Source: Paraglomus brasilianum (lineage: Eukaryota). Taken from it: a stretch of DNA of 64,000 nt. Location: assembly GCA_910592345.1 (NCBI GenBank), contig CAJVPI010000013.1:1-64000 (forward strand), in the 5' to 3' direction. The position numbers were made by a program, and so were the translations under genes. The notes below the pieces were generated by a model, which was given only the letters and a program-made list of their open reading frames with translations, was not told the origin of the DNA and did not search any database. Shown here piece by piece: positions 1 through 12,347 of the stretch; within the stretch, counting starts at the first letter, position 1; the number at the start of each line of letters is the position of its first letter.

Positions 1-2
1 TG

Positions 3-125
3 GAGCAATTTATGGTGGAGGAGTGGAGGAGTATCCCAGATACTGTTATAAAAAATCTTGTGGGCTCAATGAGACATCGTTGTGAGCTTATTATTGAAAA
101 TCATGGAGAGAGAATTGCTTACTAA
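3..125 (+). mobile_element. 3' end of a Tc1/mariner-family transposase (element continues left of the window)
   Basis: Frame from nt 3 reads EQFMVEEWRSIPDTVIKNLVGSMRHRCELIIENHGERIAY*, matching the Tc1 C-terminal pattern EWxxIP...I.NLVxSMxxRCxxVI...G..xxY. Candidate right end ...GACACACTG|TA at 246-248. Confidence 0.75.
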
Positions 126-1989
126 TTGTTATTAATAAAATCTGTTGGTTTCTGCCTTTCAAATAAGCTATAAACCATTTAATTTGGTCCATTCATTGAG
201 ACACAGTGAATAAAAATTTTATTCCGGTTTTTTTTTTGACACACTGTACTTCAGCTGATAGGTAGGTGTCTCTTTATCTTGTTCTTCTGAAGGCAGTGAT
301 ATCATAGAGGGTTTGGAGGGTTTGGAGGGTTTGGAGATTGTTGATGGCAAGGTAGAGGGAGATGGTTTCTGTTGTCTCTGGGATAGGTTCTGCTCCTTCA
401 CAGAGTTCCTGGAAAGGGATCCAGAAGAGAAATGCCTTTTGTCCCTGATACTTGAATTGGACTGCTTCCCCAGTTGTTTCAAAGCTGACTTCCCATTCTT
501 TCCATGGCAGATCATGGTATTGTTGTCTATTGATTCTTGTTGGCCAGTAGGAGTGGAGGTATTCCATAACTTCTCCTTTGAGGACCCAGAGGACAACTGG
601 TCCTTCCTCAGTTTTAGTTTGTTTCTCTGTTGCATAGATTTGGATGGTTGCTTTAACAGTCAGAGGGTTTTTCTATTGAAGTGCATTTTTTTCTGAGATA
701 AGGTTGGTTTGTTAAAAGTGTTTGATTAAAGTGTTGTTTGATAGTTGCTGTTGATTTACTTTGCTTGCTGAGTGGCTTGCTTGGTATTATCACTGCTGTG
801 AAGATGAGGTTGAGGATGGGGAAAAGAGGTGTTTATATAACTTTTGATATTGACAGTGTTACATATCACCAATTTTCACTGTACAAACTGCCATTATTAA
901 TTTGTGCTACATGGACCAATAAAAATATTTTCGAAAGTTCTTTCATCGTTTGTATGCCAAAAGTTATCAGGCAACTTAATGTATCACCTTCATTAATTTC
1001 ATTTATCTTAGCATGATGGTAGACAGATACTGATTTCAACGTTACTCAAGCGCCAATTTCAAATTATGAAATTCTAATTCGCAAATATTCCTTTCGGTCG
1101 TCCGATTGGTGTTTTCTGACACAAACATTGTTCGAATCTTCGACAAAGAATTGCCAAGTTTCATTGCCGTTAATCCGAACCCGTATTAGTATTAGTATTA
1201 GTAGTTCGTCGATTGATTAACCGTTTCCGTATTCAATCGTTGATAATTGGTCATTTTGTCCCTTGTATTCCTCAGTTTCTACCTCATGTATGACTTCGCG
1301 AGGCGTTGTCATTCGTAAACAATTCACTTTTGTATAACACTATACTCTGTTGGTTTCTTCCTGTTCGTTAATTAAGGAATTCGTACTGATTGAAATCCTG
1401 TTTGGCGAATCGAAGTTAGTATTTGAAATTGTGTCGCGTGACGTGTTGTTGTATGACGTTAGTTAAATCTTATTAACCAAATCGACGTTGTGTTGATAAT
1501 TTCGAAATTGTACCTTCCACAATGATTTTAACTATTCCTAGGTTATGCCTTGCGGGCGTTAAAATTTACCCCGGCCAAGTGACAGAACGCGCCGTCGAAT
1601 CATCTCTTTAGAGCGTCGGACATTTAATGTGGGGGCTGGTATAATAATATCCGTTTTTTACGCATAAATTCTAAACGAGAGCTTTTACAATTGCATTTAT
1701 TGTCTTTTAATAGATCGCTTGCAATAAGTTTTATGACAAAAGTTTAACGATGTTCCGTATATTAATATTGATATGCAGGGTAATGGTTTTTTACAATTAG
1801 GGCCGGTTGGACTTCGTTTTAAGAACAAGAGTTAGAAACTCATTTAATTGACCAAAACGTTTGAACTTTACGGCTGAATATTTTCAGCTGTGAGGAAAGG
1901 TCGGGTTTATAACTAATTTCTAACTACCGCAGTATTTTATATCCAATAAAATACAAGTAATAAAAATTATCACGTGGATTTCAGCATAC

Positions 1990-2125
1990 TTGTATAGTCC
2001 AATCAGGTGCTGGGGGTTTACATTCGAAACAGTAGAGCTTTATTTTAGATTCTAATGCTGTTGTACACGCAAGACATAATTGCATCTCATGTTGCTCCTT
2101 TAGTAGATAATACAGTATGTCTGTA
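1990..2125 (-). pseudogene. Degenerate fragment paralogous to exon 2 of the kinase at 19027-21562
   Basis: GATTCTAATGCTGTTGTACAcGCAAGACATAAT...GCTCCTTTAgTAGATAATAC aligns with ~20625-20690; no intact ORF. Confidence 0.75.
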
Positions 2126-2838
2126 TCAATGATGGATGTTGATCACACAACTATGCAAATTAAAAAGGGTTATTATTATATTTGTACCTGGTAGTCACCT
2201 GTCTCATATCCGTAAGTATACTTACTCTTTGTACACATTACTTTTGCTTTTTAGCTCATTTAAATTCTCTTTTCATTAACAGCGGAAATACTGGATTACT
2301 TTTTTTTTTCAAAGAAACTTTTTGTTCGGAATATCAAGTATTTTAATTTAAGAAGCTTAACGTTCCAGTTTTATTATTTTTCTGGAAGTGTCTTTAACAA
2401 GTTCACAGTTTGTTTACAGTAATAGCCATTGAAAAGCGAATTAAGTGTAAAAATACTTTCTATATTTAGTCGCACTGGGAACTTCAGAAAACAAATTAAC
2501 ATGAATGTGAAAGATTTGTTTCATTCTTGATACATTAATTTCTTTATTTGAGTATGAGCTATTATCATTTTCATTTAATCTTTCGACTATTAAACAGCTA
2601 ATCTTAAGTTTATTATATTATAAGTATTTAGGGGACAAGATCTTGCAAGGGATCTCTCCTCCACTTCTTAGACAAGAGCATTCATCAATACAAATACAAG
2701 CTAAGTAGTACTAAAGTACATCTGAAAGCAAATCTAAAGCTTATAGTTTCATGATTAGGAAATAGCATAACGGAATCTAATCAGCATAAGAATGACAACC
2801 AGTAATAAAGTAACAAACGAATGTCTCTTATAAGTGTT

Positions 2839-5800
2839 TTACGCTGCAAGTGTTTCATCATGTGCTGGTTGCGAAAGTTTCTTTTGTAAAGATACAAGGC
2901 GATTTTGAATTGAGATTATAACTGCATTGTAACGACATAGGAGAAATTGTGAGTTTAGGCACAACAGAAGAATGTAGTAGACATAAAAGCATTTGCTTAC
3001 GTTTGTTTAATATTTGTTTATCTTCTTCATCCATCCCCTCTTCATCATCTTGGCAATCCAGAATAGCACATAGCATATAAATGGCATTCTGGTAAGTGCG
3101 CTCACATGTAGTGAGATCTTCCCCTACCAATTCAATAACAGCAGCTGACCGACTCTAGAAAAGAAAACATTCTCAACGGTAAACATACAAATCCTGTAAA
3201 ATGTAATCACACATTATCTATGGTTCATGAGCTCACCATTTCTAATGCTTTATCATACAAAAGCTTCTCCGGAAACACCTCCGCAGCATTCTCATCATCA
3301 GTGCGACATTTGGACTTGGCATACTCGGCTCTTTCCAAACATTCGTTAAACCGAACACGGACCCATTGAACAGCTAAATTCACCAATTGATATATAAATA
3401 AAAGTTAACAAATTTTTTAACCTTCTATTTAGTTGATGAACAAAACACAGGATGTAACTGCCTACTCACCCATATTAAATTTATGTGAGACTGTCTTGTG
3501 TCCAGAATACTCGGGTAACCCATTCCAATGATCTTTCGCAGTGTTCATTGCTGATTGAAGTATGCTTAATGCTCTTAGATAGAGAGCCAGTGCTTCTTCT
3601 GCTAGGACAGCTGTAACCTCGGGAGATGTGACTGGACTTTCAGCCAAGGTTATACTACTTGCGGTTGGAAGTGGAGGGAGCAGTTGATGGAATTTGCTGT
3701 CGGCAAACCGGTAGACTACATATGCTTTGTTCGCAGCATCTTGTATGATTTTCACTACTGCTTCCTGTGGAAAAAAGGCGGAATTATTGTCAGTGAATTG
3801 TAACTACTAGATTCGATATAACCCAGTCAAGTATTTATGCAAACTATCCCAGAATTAAGATAACTTTATGTACATATTTGCAACAAAAAAACAAATACAT
3901 AATCTATTATACATAATATAGCGGTATTCCCTCATGGAATACACCATACGTACCTCTTTCGGATCAATGTCTTCGTCTGGTAACATAATGGCATTCGACT
4001 TCCTCCTAGCTTCTTTTCCTCCAAACTTTGGTGGTGAATTACTACTTCCAAACAATCTCTTCCCTGCAATCGATAATGCCTCTGCCAACGCTCCACTTCC
4101 CGAGCTTCCGGCTGATTCCAATTTCTCAGAACTAGTAGATATTGCAAACGGTGGAGTCGTAGAGAGGTAAGTTGTGTTGGTTGGTATCGGTTGTGCATGG
4201 CGATTTTGGAAGTCAAAGATCGGATATCCTTGCGTGTGTGGTGCAGAAGAACCAGAAGAGGAGGAAGAGTGTTTACGGTTGCGACGTATGCCAATTGGGT
4301 TCGTTTTGGGAGATGCTGCAAGTTCTATGTTTGTATGTTTGTGAAAATAAAACACATCCATTAACCAATTATATAAAAACAACTGCAGATAGCTATAAAG
4401 TTTACAACGCCTTCAAACTTTCTCCCACAACTTCTGGTTAGAATTTTCATACCATCAGCAAAAGCATTAACATCAATCTGGCTTGGATCAATCACGACAT
4501 ACTCTCGCTCGAATGCAATCTCTTCATCGCGACGACGGAGGCAACTATCGTCAGTTTGATCAATGTTATTTCCTCCATGTATCACATTTCCGTTACGTTC
4601 GCCGTTCACTCCATTTGAGCCATTTGAAATGCTATCACTATATGACCGCCTTTTGGAAAAATCAATATATTGGCTTGCCTGTTGAACAAGTAAGGAAGGA
4701 GAAGGGGAACGATTGTAGGATGACCGTTGCATTTCGGCGAGATGGCGATGGGGCGAAGAAGAGAGGCGATCGGTTGGAGAATTTTGGGAATGGTAATTAT
4801 ATGTACCCGGAGGGTTTTGCTGATGACGGTGAGCGCTAAGTGGTAAAGAATTGAGTTTGGGGGAGAATTGTATATATTATAACGAACATCTGTTAATATA
4901 TTACTTGGACATAAATTCGCTCTGTCAAAACAAAACACAATGACACGTCTGCTCTTTCAATCAACGTATCATATCATCCTCACACATACCGCGAATATCC
5001 AGGCTGCTGCGATGATTGTTGTTGCTGCCTGACATTTTCTTTTGACACTTTCCTTCCAATCGCGCCACCCAATGTTGCCAATCCCTTCCCTCCACTATCT
5101 CTTATCCGCCCATTTTTCCCCCCGGTCGGCACTCTCTCCTTCTCCCTCCTTTCAGATTCATCCTGATAGCCGACCAATGCTGGTGAAGATATAGACCGGT
5201 CTCGTACGTGACGAGAAGACTTATCTGTAGCGGGTAACGGGTTACGATGTTCAGACTGTTTTATCCGAGAAGAGCCCGCCTGTCGCGGGTAAATGTCTCC
5301 TAACACGCAGGGATGCATGAAGAATTCTTCGAATGATATTCTTTCCACCGGGTTTTGTTTAAGTACATGTCTTATTAAATCTTTTAGTTCTTCGCTTATC
5401 CCTGGATGCGCAGGTACTTTCCCTTTTAAGGTAGCTTTACTGGCCCCATCCGTATTGCCGACATTATATGTAGCGGGCGAATCGCCTGGGAATTTAATAT
5501 TGTCTTCTCCCTGTTCGATTTTTTTCAACAAATCAATATGATTTTGAGCCCTGAATGGTGGTCTGCCAGTAGCCATTTCATATAGCACTGCGCCGACGGA
5601 CCAGAGATCGGCTTTGGCATCATACTTTTCATAGCGGAGAATCTCGGGCGCCATGTATAACGGCGATCCGCAAAGTGTCTCGGCTAAGCTGGCGTTTGGT
5701 AGGAAACGAGCAAAGCCGAAATCGGCAATTTTGAGGATTGGAAGGTCCGGTGAACCGATCAGCGTTGGGTCTGGATTTGGAGATGGAGGTTGTAGGAGAA

Positions 5801-7095
5801 GATTCTTTTTGAAGCGTTAATGCAAATAATTAGTTATGTATATTGGATGATATGGATGAGGGTAGAAGACCCAAATAACAAAGATAAAATATAGAGCGAC
5901 GTTGAAATATCCTTATTATAATATAAGTGTTAATTAACGGGCACGACGACACACGTAGTTATTGTAGTTTTTATAAACACAGGTAATCACTCTCTTTTTT
6001 CTTTTTCCTTTATTGTCCTCAATGCCGCTCATAACTAACTTATTCCCCTTGTAGCCTATTTTCGTTGAGAATAAAAGCCAATCACATATTTCTCCTCTCT
6101 GGAACAGAAATGTAACAACGTATTGAGAATGTACCTGTGGTTTGATATCTCTATGAATGAGATTTTGTGATCGAAGAAAACCCAACGCGTTCGCTGATAC
6201 AGATAAAGAAGAATGAATTAGAGAGATGATTCAAAAAGCGATATCCTGTTAAGTTACGCTCTCTCTCTATCTCTCCCTCTCTTCTCGTGATAGACAGTTT
6301 TATTGCATCAAACCCAATTGGATACGATCCAAGCTTTCTAACCAAATTGTATTATACACCAACCTAGCTGCTTTAAAAAATGGCGTACAACATGCTCACT
6401 AAGCCCTATAGGCGCATTAGATCGCGTATGTGATACTGTTCCTGAAACAGATGCATCTCTGCGCCTTTTGATATAATTCGACAGATCACCCATGGAACAG
6501 TATTCCATTATTAAGTGAATATGAGTTTCGGATTTCTATGTGGAATTATACGTATAGAAGTGCATCCGGTCAAAACCATGACATATTGCGAAAACTGAAA
6601 CAAAGTTGTTAAAAAACGTGTATGTTTTCCTATATTTGACCGTATGGTATTGTAATGATAGTGCAAGTTACCTGGCAGTCGACTAGGTGGACGATATGGT
6701 TGTGTCGCATTCCTTTGAGTATACTTATTTCTGACTCGAGATTCTCCAGAAGTTTTCTGTTTAATTTTAAGAGTACGACAGATTTTATTGCCACTACTTC
6801 GCGGGTTGCCTGTACAGACACGGTGTACATGTGAGAGGGAAGTATTAGAGGAAATATCTTCTGTGAAATCGTGACAATTCTAAACTATTCTTACGGGTTG
6901 CTCGAACATTCACGTTCATAAGACAGGTCCTACGTATTCTATATCGTCTTAAATAGATCACTCTACCTTGTGATGTCCTTTATATACAGTCGCGAATGAG
7001 CCCCGTCCGATCTCTGGGCCTGCCACGTAATTTCCCACACCTTGTGGAAGTTCCTTCAGCTCGGGATGCTCATGTTGTCTTGTGGTTGTAGACAT
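2839..7095 (-). CDS. ATG1: Autophagy Ser/Thr kinase Atg1 (multi-exon)
   Basis: Spliced exons give MSTTTRQ...[93 protein letters not shown] and C-terminal MIT-like region ([15 protein letters not shown]; ...[13 protein letters not shown]...LAA*). Start ATG 7095, stop TAA 2839-2841. Confidence 0.95.
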
Positions 7096-7781
7096 GGTGA
7101 GTAATTATAATGGTAAAACAAAGGTACAAACGTGCGGACGGGGCAAGATTTTAGATTGAAAGAATAAATATTTGAATTCAAGTGGGGTGTGGAGCGAGGG
7201 GTGAGTTTGCTTTAAACAGAAAGTCATGCGGACTGTCGGGATTTCGAATCAGTGATGACATCATTCATGATACTTAATACAGAATGTCAGTTGTGCAACA
7301 AGCCATTATGCAAAGAGTGCTTATCAATTATCGAATATTAGTTTATGCCTAACTGCGGTTATCAGAAATGGAACCTACAAACGTCAATACTGTCATTCTT
7401 TCTCTACAGTAAAACGAACAATCGCGACAATTCTTTGGCGGTAAAATAATAATCTAAGCATTCTGGTAATAGTGATTTTAACACTTATTTAGTCGTAATA
7501 GTAATAGTAACGTAACAATAATGTAATCGATAATCAAACGACTATAATGTTATTGACCGCTATTGTATGTAACACAAACTCTAAATCAGAATCACATGAT
7601 TAACATTCTACTCAAGTCATTCACGTGATGTTTATTATATACTTACTTTGACGAAAAACTGTTCCTTTAAGACGCGTTATAGAACCTTCCAACATTAAAG
7701 TTGCCAACTTAATTTCTCCATTCAAACACTATTCATCATCTTTCGTACGTATAAGCTCACAACTAGACAAGGGAACATATT
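7096..7781. promoter_or_regulatory. Compact divergent promoter between ATG1 and ANP32-like
   Basis: 686 bp between two head-to-head start codons; contains ATCACATGAT (7591), TCACGTGA (7621) and ACGCGT (7672). Confidence 0.55.
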
Positions 7782-9942
7782 ATGACCAACATTATTGAAC
7801 CGGGCTTGAAAAAAAAGCTCCAATTTGATGACCCAGCCGTCGTCGAAGAGTTGATTCTGGATAACAAGAAGATTGGAGATTTGACAAAGATAGCACAAGG
7901 CGAAGGCGATGGAGACTTTACGTCATTGAATCAGTTGGTGAATCTGAAAGTATTGTCTATGAACCTCTGTAACCTGTCCTCTTTGCAAGGATTCCCAAAA
8001 TTACCGCGTCTGCGCAAGGTAGAAAAAGAGATTACGTTACTGTGGTACATACCCAGCACGTAGAGGTTACAGTTCTCTATCTCCACTTGTATCTATATTC
8101 TCTATGCCTGCCTTCTCTACTTTAATGCACGCTCCTGCCCTTAATCTTTCTCAGATCGCTCTAACTGATAACAAGATCACCGGAGGTCTGGAACTCTTAG
8201 CAAATGCAGGGCTCGACAACCTTAACCATCTAGATCTCAGTGGGAACAGGATATCGAGCATTGACGCCGTTAAGAAATTGGTATCTATCATATTAAGATA
8301 ACATCATTATCAAACGCAAATAAGGATAATAGATTTTTCGTATTTGTAGATTAATCTATTAAGTTATAATTGTCTTTGGTAGAAACAATTACCAAATCTC
8401 AAGCATTTAAACCTGATTGATTGTCCAGTTAGTCAGATAAAAAACTATCGAGAAGAAATATTTGAATCTATGTCGCAGTTAGTATCGCTTGATGGAACAG
8501 ACAGGTGAGTAAAGATTTGTGGGAGCGGAAAAGCAAAAAGAACTGCTGCAACGGCTAGGAGAATGTGGATCAACAGAAGTGGAGGCAAGTAATGTAAGTT
8601 ATCATTAACACTGTATTCCCGTCATGCATTATACTCAAAAGGTACGGAAACCAATTCGATTCTGAAGAAGAAAGTGATTCCGAGGTGGAAGATGATGAGG
8701 ATGAAACGGAGGCTCTACAGAATGGGCATGATGGTAAGTATTTGTATACTATCCTCAATAGGTTTATATTTAATCAATTGAGTCTGCACATTTTCTCCGA
8801 GGCATACATACCATCTCAATTCGTATCATTCTTTTCATTCTGTTCATGTCAACCTTCTATCCAGATGAAGAAGACGAAGATATTGATACATCGGGTGGCG
8901 AAGGTGACGATGATGATGAGGAAGAAGAAGATGAGGAAGAGGGCGCAGAAGATGAAGACGAATCGGAGCAGTTGACGGTCAGTTGATTTTGAATGGTGGA
9001 TGTCGGGTTTCAGTAGTAGGACTATGTAATGCGATTTATGCGATTTGGCCGATTTATTAGACGACGAAGGGGCAGTCTGACGAGTCGGAGAGCGAGCAAG
9101 AGGAAGAGTTGGTGGGTCTTCTGAATTGAGAAACTTATTTTAGAGAAATGTTTGTACAATGCGGCCATATGTTACAATTTATATATGGGACATAGTCCAT
9201 GTGATATAATTCATTCGATATTAGCCATATATGGTACTAACTTTTTATTTATCAGGAAGTAAGCGAATCTGAAACACCAAAATTGCCAAATACCACAGTT
9301 GATAAGGGCAAAGGGGTAGCAGTCCCTTCAGAATCCGAAGATTCCTCCGGAGAACTTTCTGAAGAACAGTTGTCACTATCATATCTAATGGAAAAGGTGA
9401 TCTCATTTTGCTCTTGTTAACTAGTCTCGATGTTTCAGATGATGTTTGTCGTTACCTTGATATTCCTTTTTTACTTTCCATTAATATCGTGGTCATTCTA
9501 TAATTATATTTCTTCCTGGACTGTCTTTCCTTTCAGGAACTCCCGGAAGATTCGGATGAGGAAGAAGATTATTCACCTGGCGAAGCAGAAGAAGACGAGG
9601 AAAGTGATGTATTAGAGGAGATTGGTAGTGAAGAAGATGAAGAATGCGAACATGTACAAGCGTCAACAAGTGCGGCTGCAGCTGGATCAGCTGTGCCCGC
9701 TAAGCGGAAAGGGGAGGACGATGACGCAGAAGAGAACCGCGTAGAAAAATCGGTGAGTTTGGGAATAAGGGGATGTAATATTGTGGTGAGGGTGTAAGTT
9801 TGTTATTTCAGTGTGTATAATCGTTGTAATTAATCTTACTAAAAATGTCTCTCAGAATGCAATTAATTCCGATTCAATAGATAACAAAAAAAGCGAAACA
9901 CGAGAAACCGAATCAATAAGTACTAAAAAACGACGGATGTAA
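7782..9942 (+). CDS. ANP32-family acidic leucine-rich nuclear phosphoprotein (histone chaperone-like)
   Basis: N-terminal LRRs (ELILDN, LVNLKVLSMNLCNLSSLQGFPKLPRLRK, IALTDNKITGGLE, LNHLDLSGNRI), LRR cap (CPV..IKNYREEIFESMSQLVSLDG), long D/E-rich tail, KRK and terminal KKRRM basic motifs. Last exon assumes acceptor CTCAG at ~9856. Confidence 0.85.
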
Positions 9943-12347
9943 TAATATGGTCGTGGATGTTTATGTTTTCTGTGCGTTATTCCTTGTAATCAAATTGAAA
10001 ACTTTGCTATTGCGTAAATTGATATTGTCAATCAACTATAGTTTTTTTTACATGACTTTTTTCCAACTCCTAAATTCACAAATGTAATCTGAAAATATAA
10101 TAAAAAAGTTTCTGGCAATTGGATATTCTACATTTTATGTGAGATATGGTATATGAGCCACTTTTGTCTGCACTCGATGCATAAAAAATAATTGACAATA
10201 CAAAATTATAAATTTAAATTTTTAGATGCAACAAACTAACATTTGACGTCACAATGGTGGCAAAGAAACAGGCCATAAAAACATGAAACCAAGTAAGAAG
10301 ACAATGTAAACATTGAGAAATTTTGGTTACTCTATCATTTAGATTAAAACAGTCGTAAAGAAAATGGTGGTTGTTTTCCTTTAGTTAAAAAAAAAAAAGC
10401 TTGGCTTTGATACATTATTAGATGACTACGTACGTTTTACTAAACAGTATTATTTTTTAGTGGGCCTGTATAAATAATGTAATAGCTGCTAGTCATTTAA
10501 TCCCACAATGGTATGTTATTATTATGCTATTATAATTATGTACATAGTTGGAATAAATTCAAAGGTGTTCTTTTTATTTAGTATGCAAAGCAACTGACAA
10601 CGCATTATCAACATCTCACCGGGTACAATATAATCTATGTAGCAATCCATAGCATTTTAGATACTATGCGTATGGCTTACGTTCTATAAATAAGAAAGCA
10701 TGTCCTATTCCGCTGAACAAAATGTGTTACAGTTGCTTGGGATAATATTATGTAGTGTGTCGAGTTAATCATCACGAGAGCTAAACCTATAATTAGCGGT
10801 TAGTTGGGTTTTCTATACTAATACTCACAACTCTTACGTTCCGGTCTTGTATACGCAAACTCTCGATGCAGTGACTGCCTCTATTCCTATCGGTGGGATA
10901 AATTCGATAGTCTGTGGGTATAATCGGGGGATGTTATATCAAAGTAAACCGTGTATAGTAATAGACAATTAGTTAGCAATCGTATTTTTGCCAACTCGGA
11001 ATTCGTAGGTGCATATGCTATGAAAATGGTTGGCTAAATCAGGAATCGCAATGCTTATTCACCATGGCATTGTTGAAGAATTAACTATGTTGATATCAAA
11101 ATAACAGGAGATAAAGATAAATAATGCACAATAGTACAATAAATAATTGTGCAATGCAGAGAATTATTCAACTTTATTACGAGGGAGTATTGCTCGCCAA
11201 ACTAACGTTAACACATAAAGTATGACTTGATTTAGAAGTACTTACTAAAGTTGCACGAATTCCGCAACTCAAGCATTTGGCTATTAATATACTACGCGAC
11301 TCAACGAGTGACTCGGTTGGAAATAAAGTCTCACACTATTGAATACATCCTCACTCCATTATCCACATTCTAATTCTAGTTTAACACTTCTATAGACACC
11401 TTCTTTGTTTCACCTCTGATTACTCATGTAAGTATATTATAGCCTGCACAAGTAGCTTGGAAATAAAGTCGTAACACTCTAACGTCATGTTATACTTAAT
11501 CCTGACGATTGACTCCAAGGCAGATAAAGATGACGTCTCGGAGTTTCCAATCAAATCCCGTTATATTTACTCGAGGTGTCGACAGTTTTTTCTTCCGAGC
11601 TTCAAGAGCAAATTTGGGAGAATGATGGTATGTGAAATGTTGGATTTGGTAAGTATTTTTAATCCTTTGCTTTAGTAATAGTAATGATTGTCAATTTTAG
11701 AGTTGTTTTTTGGTTTTAGCCTATAAAGTCGAGATCGGGCAATTAATACTTATTGGGCCCGGCTTGTATCTGTTTCGTCCTTCACAATCCCAGCGCTACG
11801 TCCAACACCCAAAGCATGCCCCGAACTCGGCACATTACTGGACTTGGATATTTTGCGCGTCTGCCAAAAAACTGGGTCTCAAAACCCAAATTCATTCAAA
11901 TTGCATGTGACACCAACAAGTTGATAAACAGTCGAGAACCCTATTTAGTATATAGATATTCAATTGTCTATGATTTTCAAGCACGGCACGATAACTTTAA
12001 TAACTACAGACAATGGGTTTCGATAAAAAGCGAAAACGGCAAATTCCATACAAGATTTTTAAAACCGTAGAGATTACTATTGCTATTGTCACACGGCATG
12101 TTCGCACCAAAACATCATCAGTAAAGATGATCTGTTCCGGCCACAACCATTTTTAGTTCACGTAGTAGTGAAATGCTCCCTTGTCTGGTTTTTTGCTGCT
12201 GTCTACCCCTCGCCCCCCGCATCGACTTGAACTTTCCCACTGCATGTCTTTATTCTACGCCTTTCCGCACGGGATATCTAGTATATTAATATATCAATCA
12301 TACTGATATAAACACGGGGCTTGCTGGCAACCCGTAAGTAAATAAAT

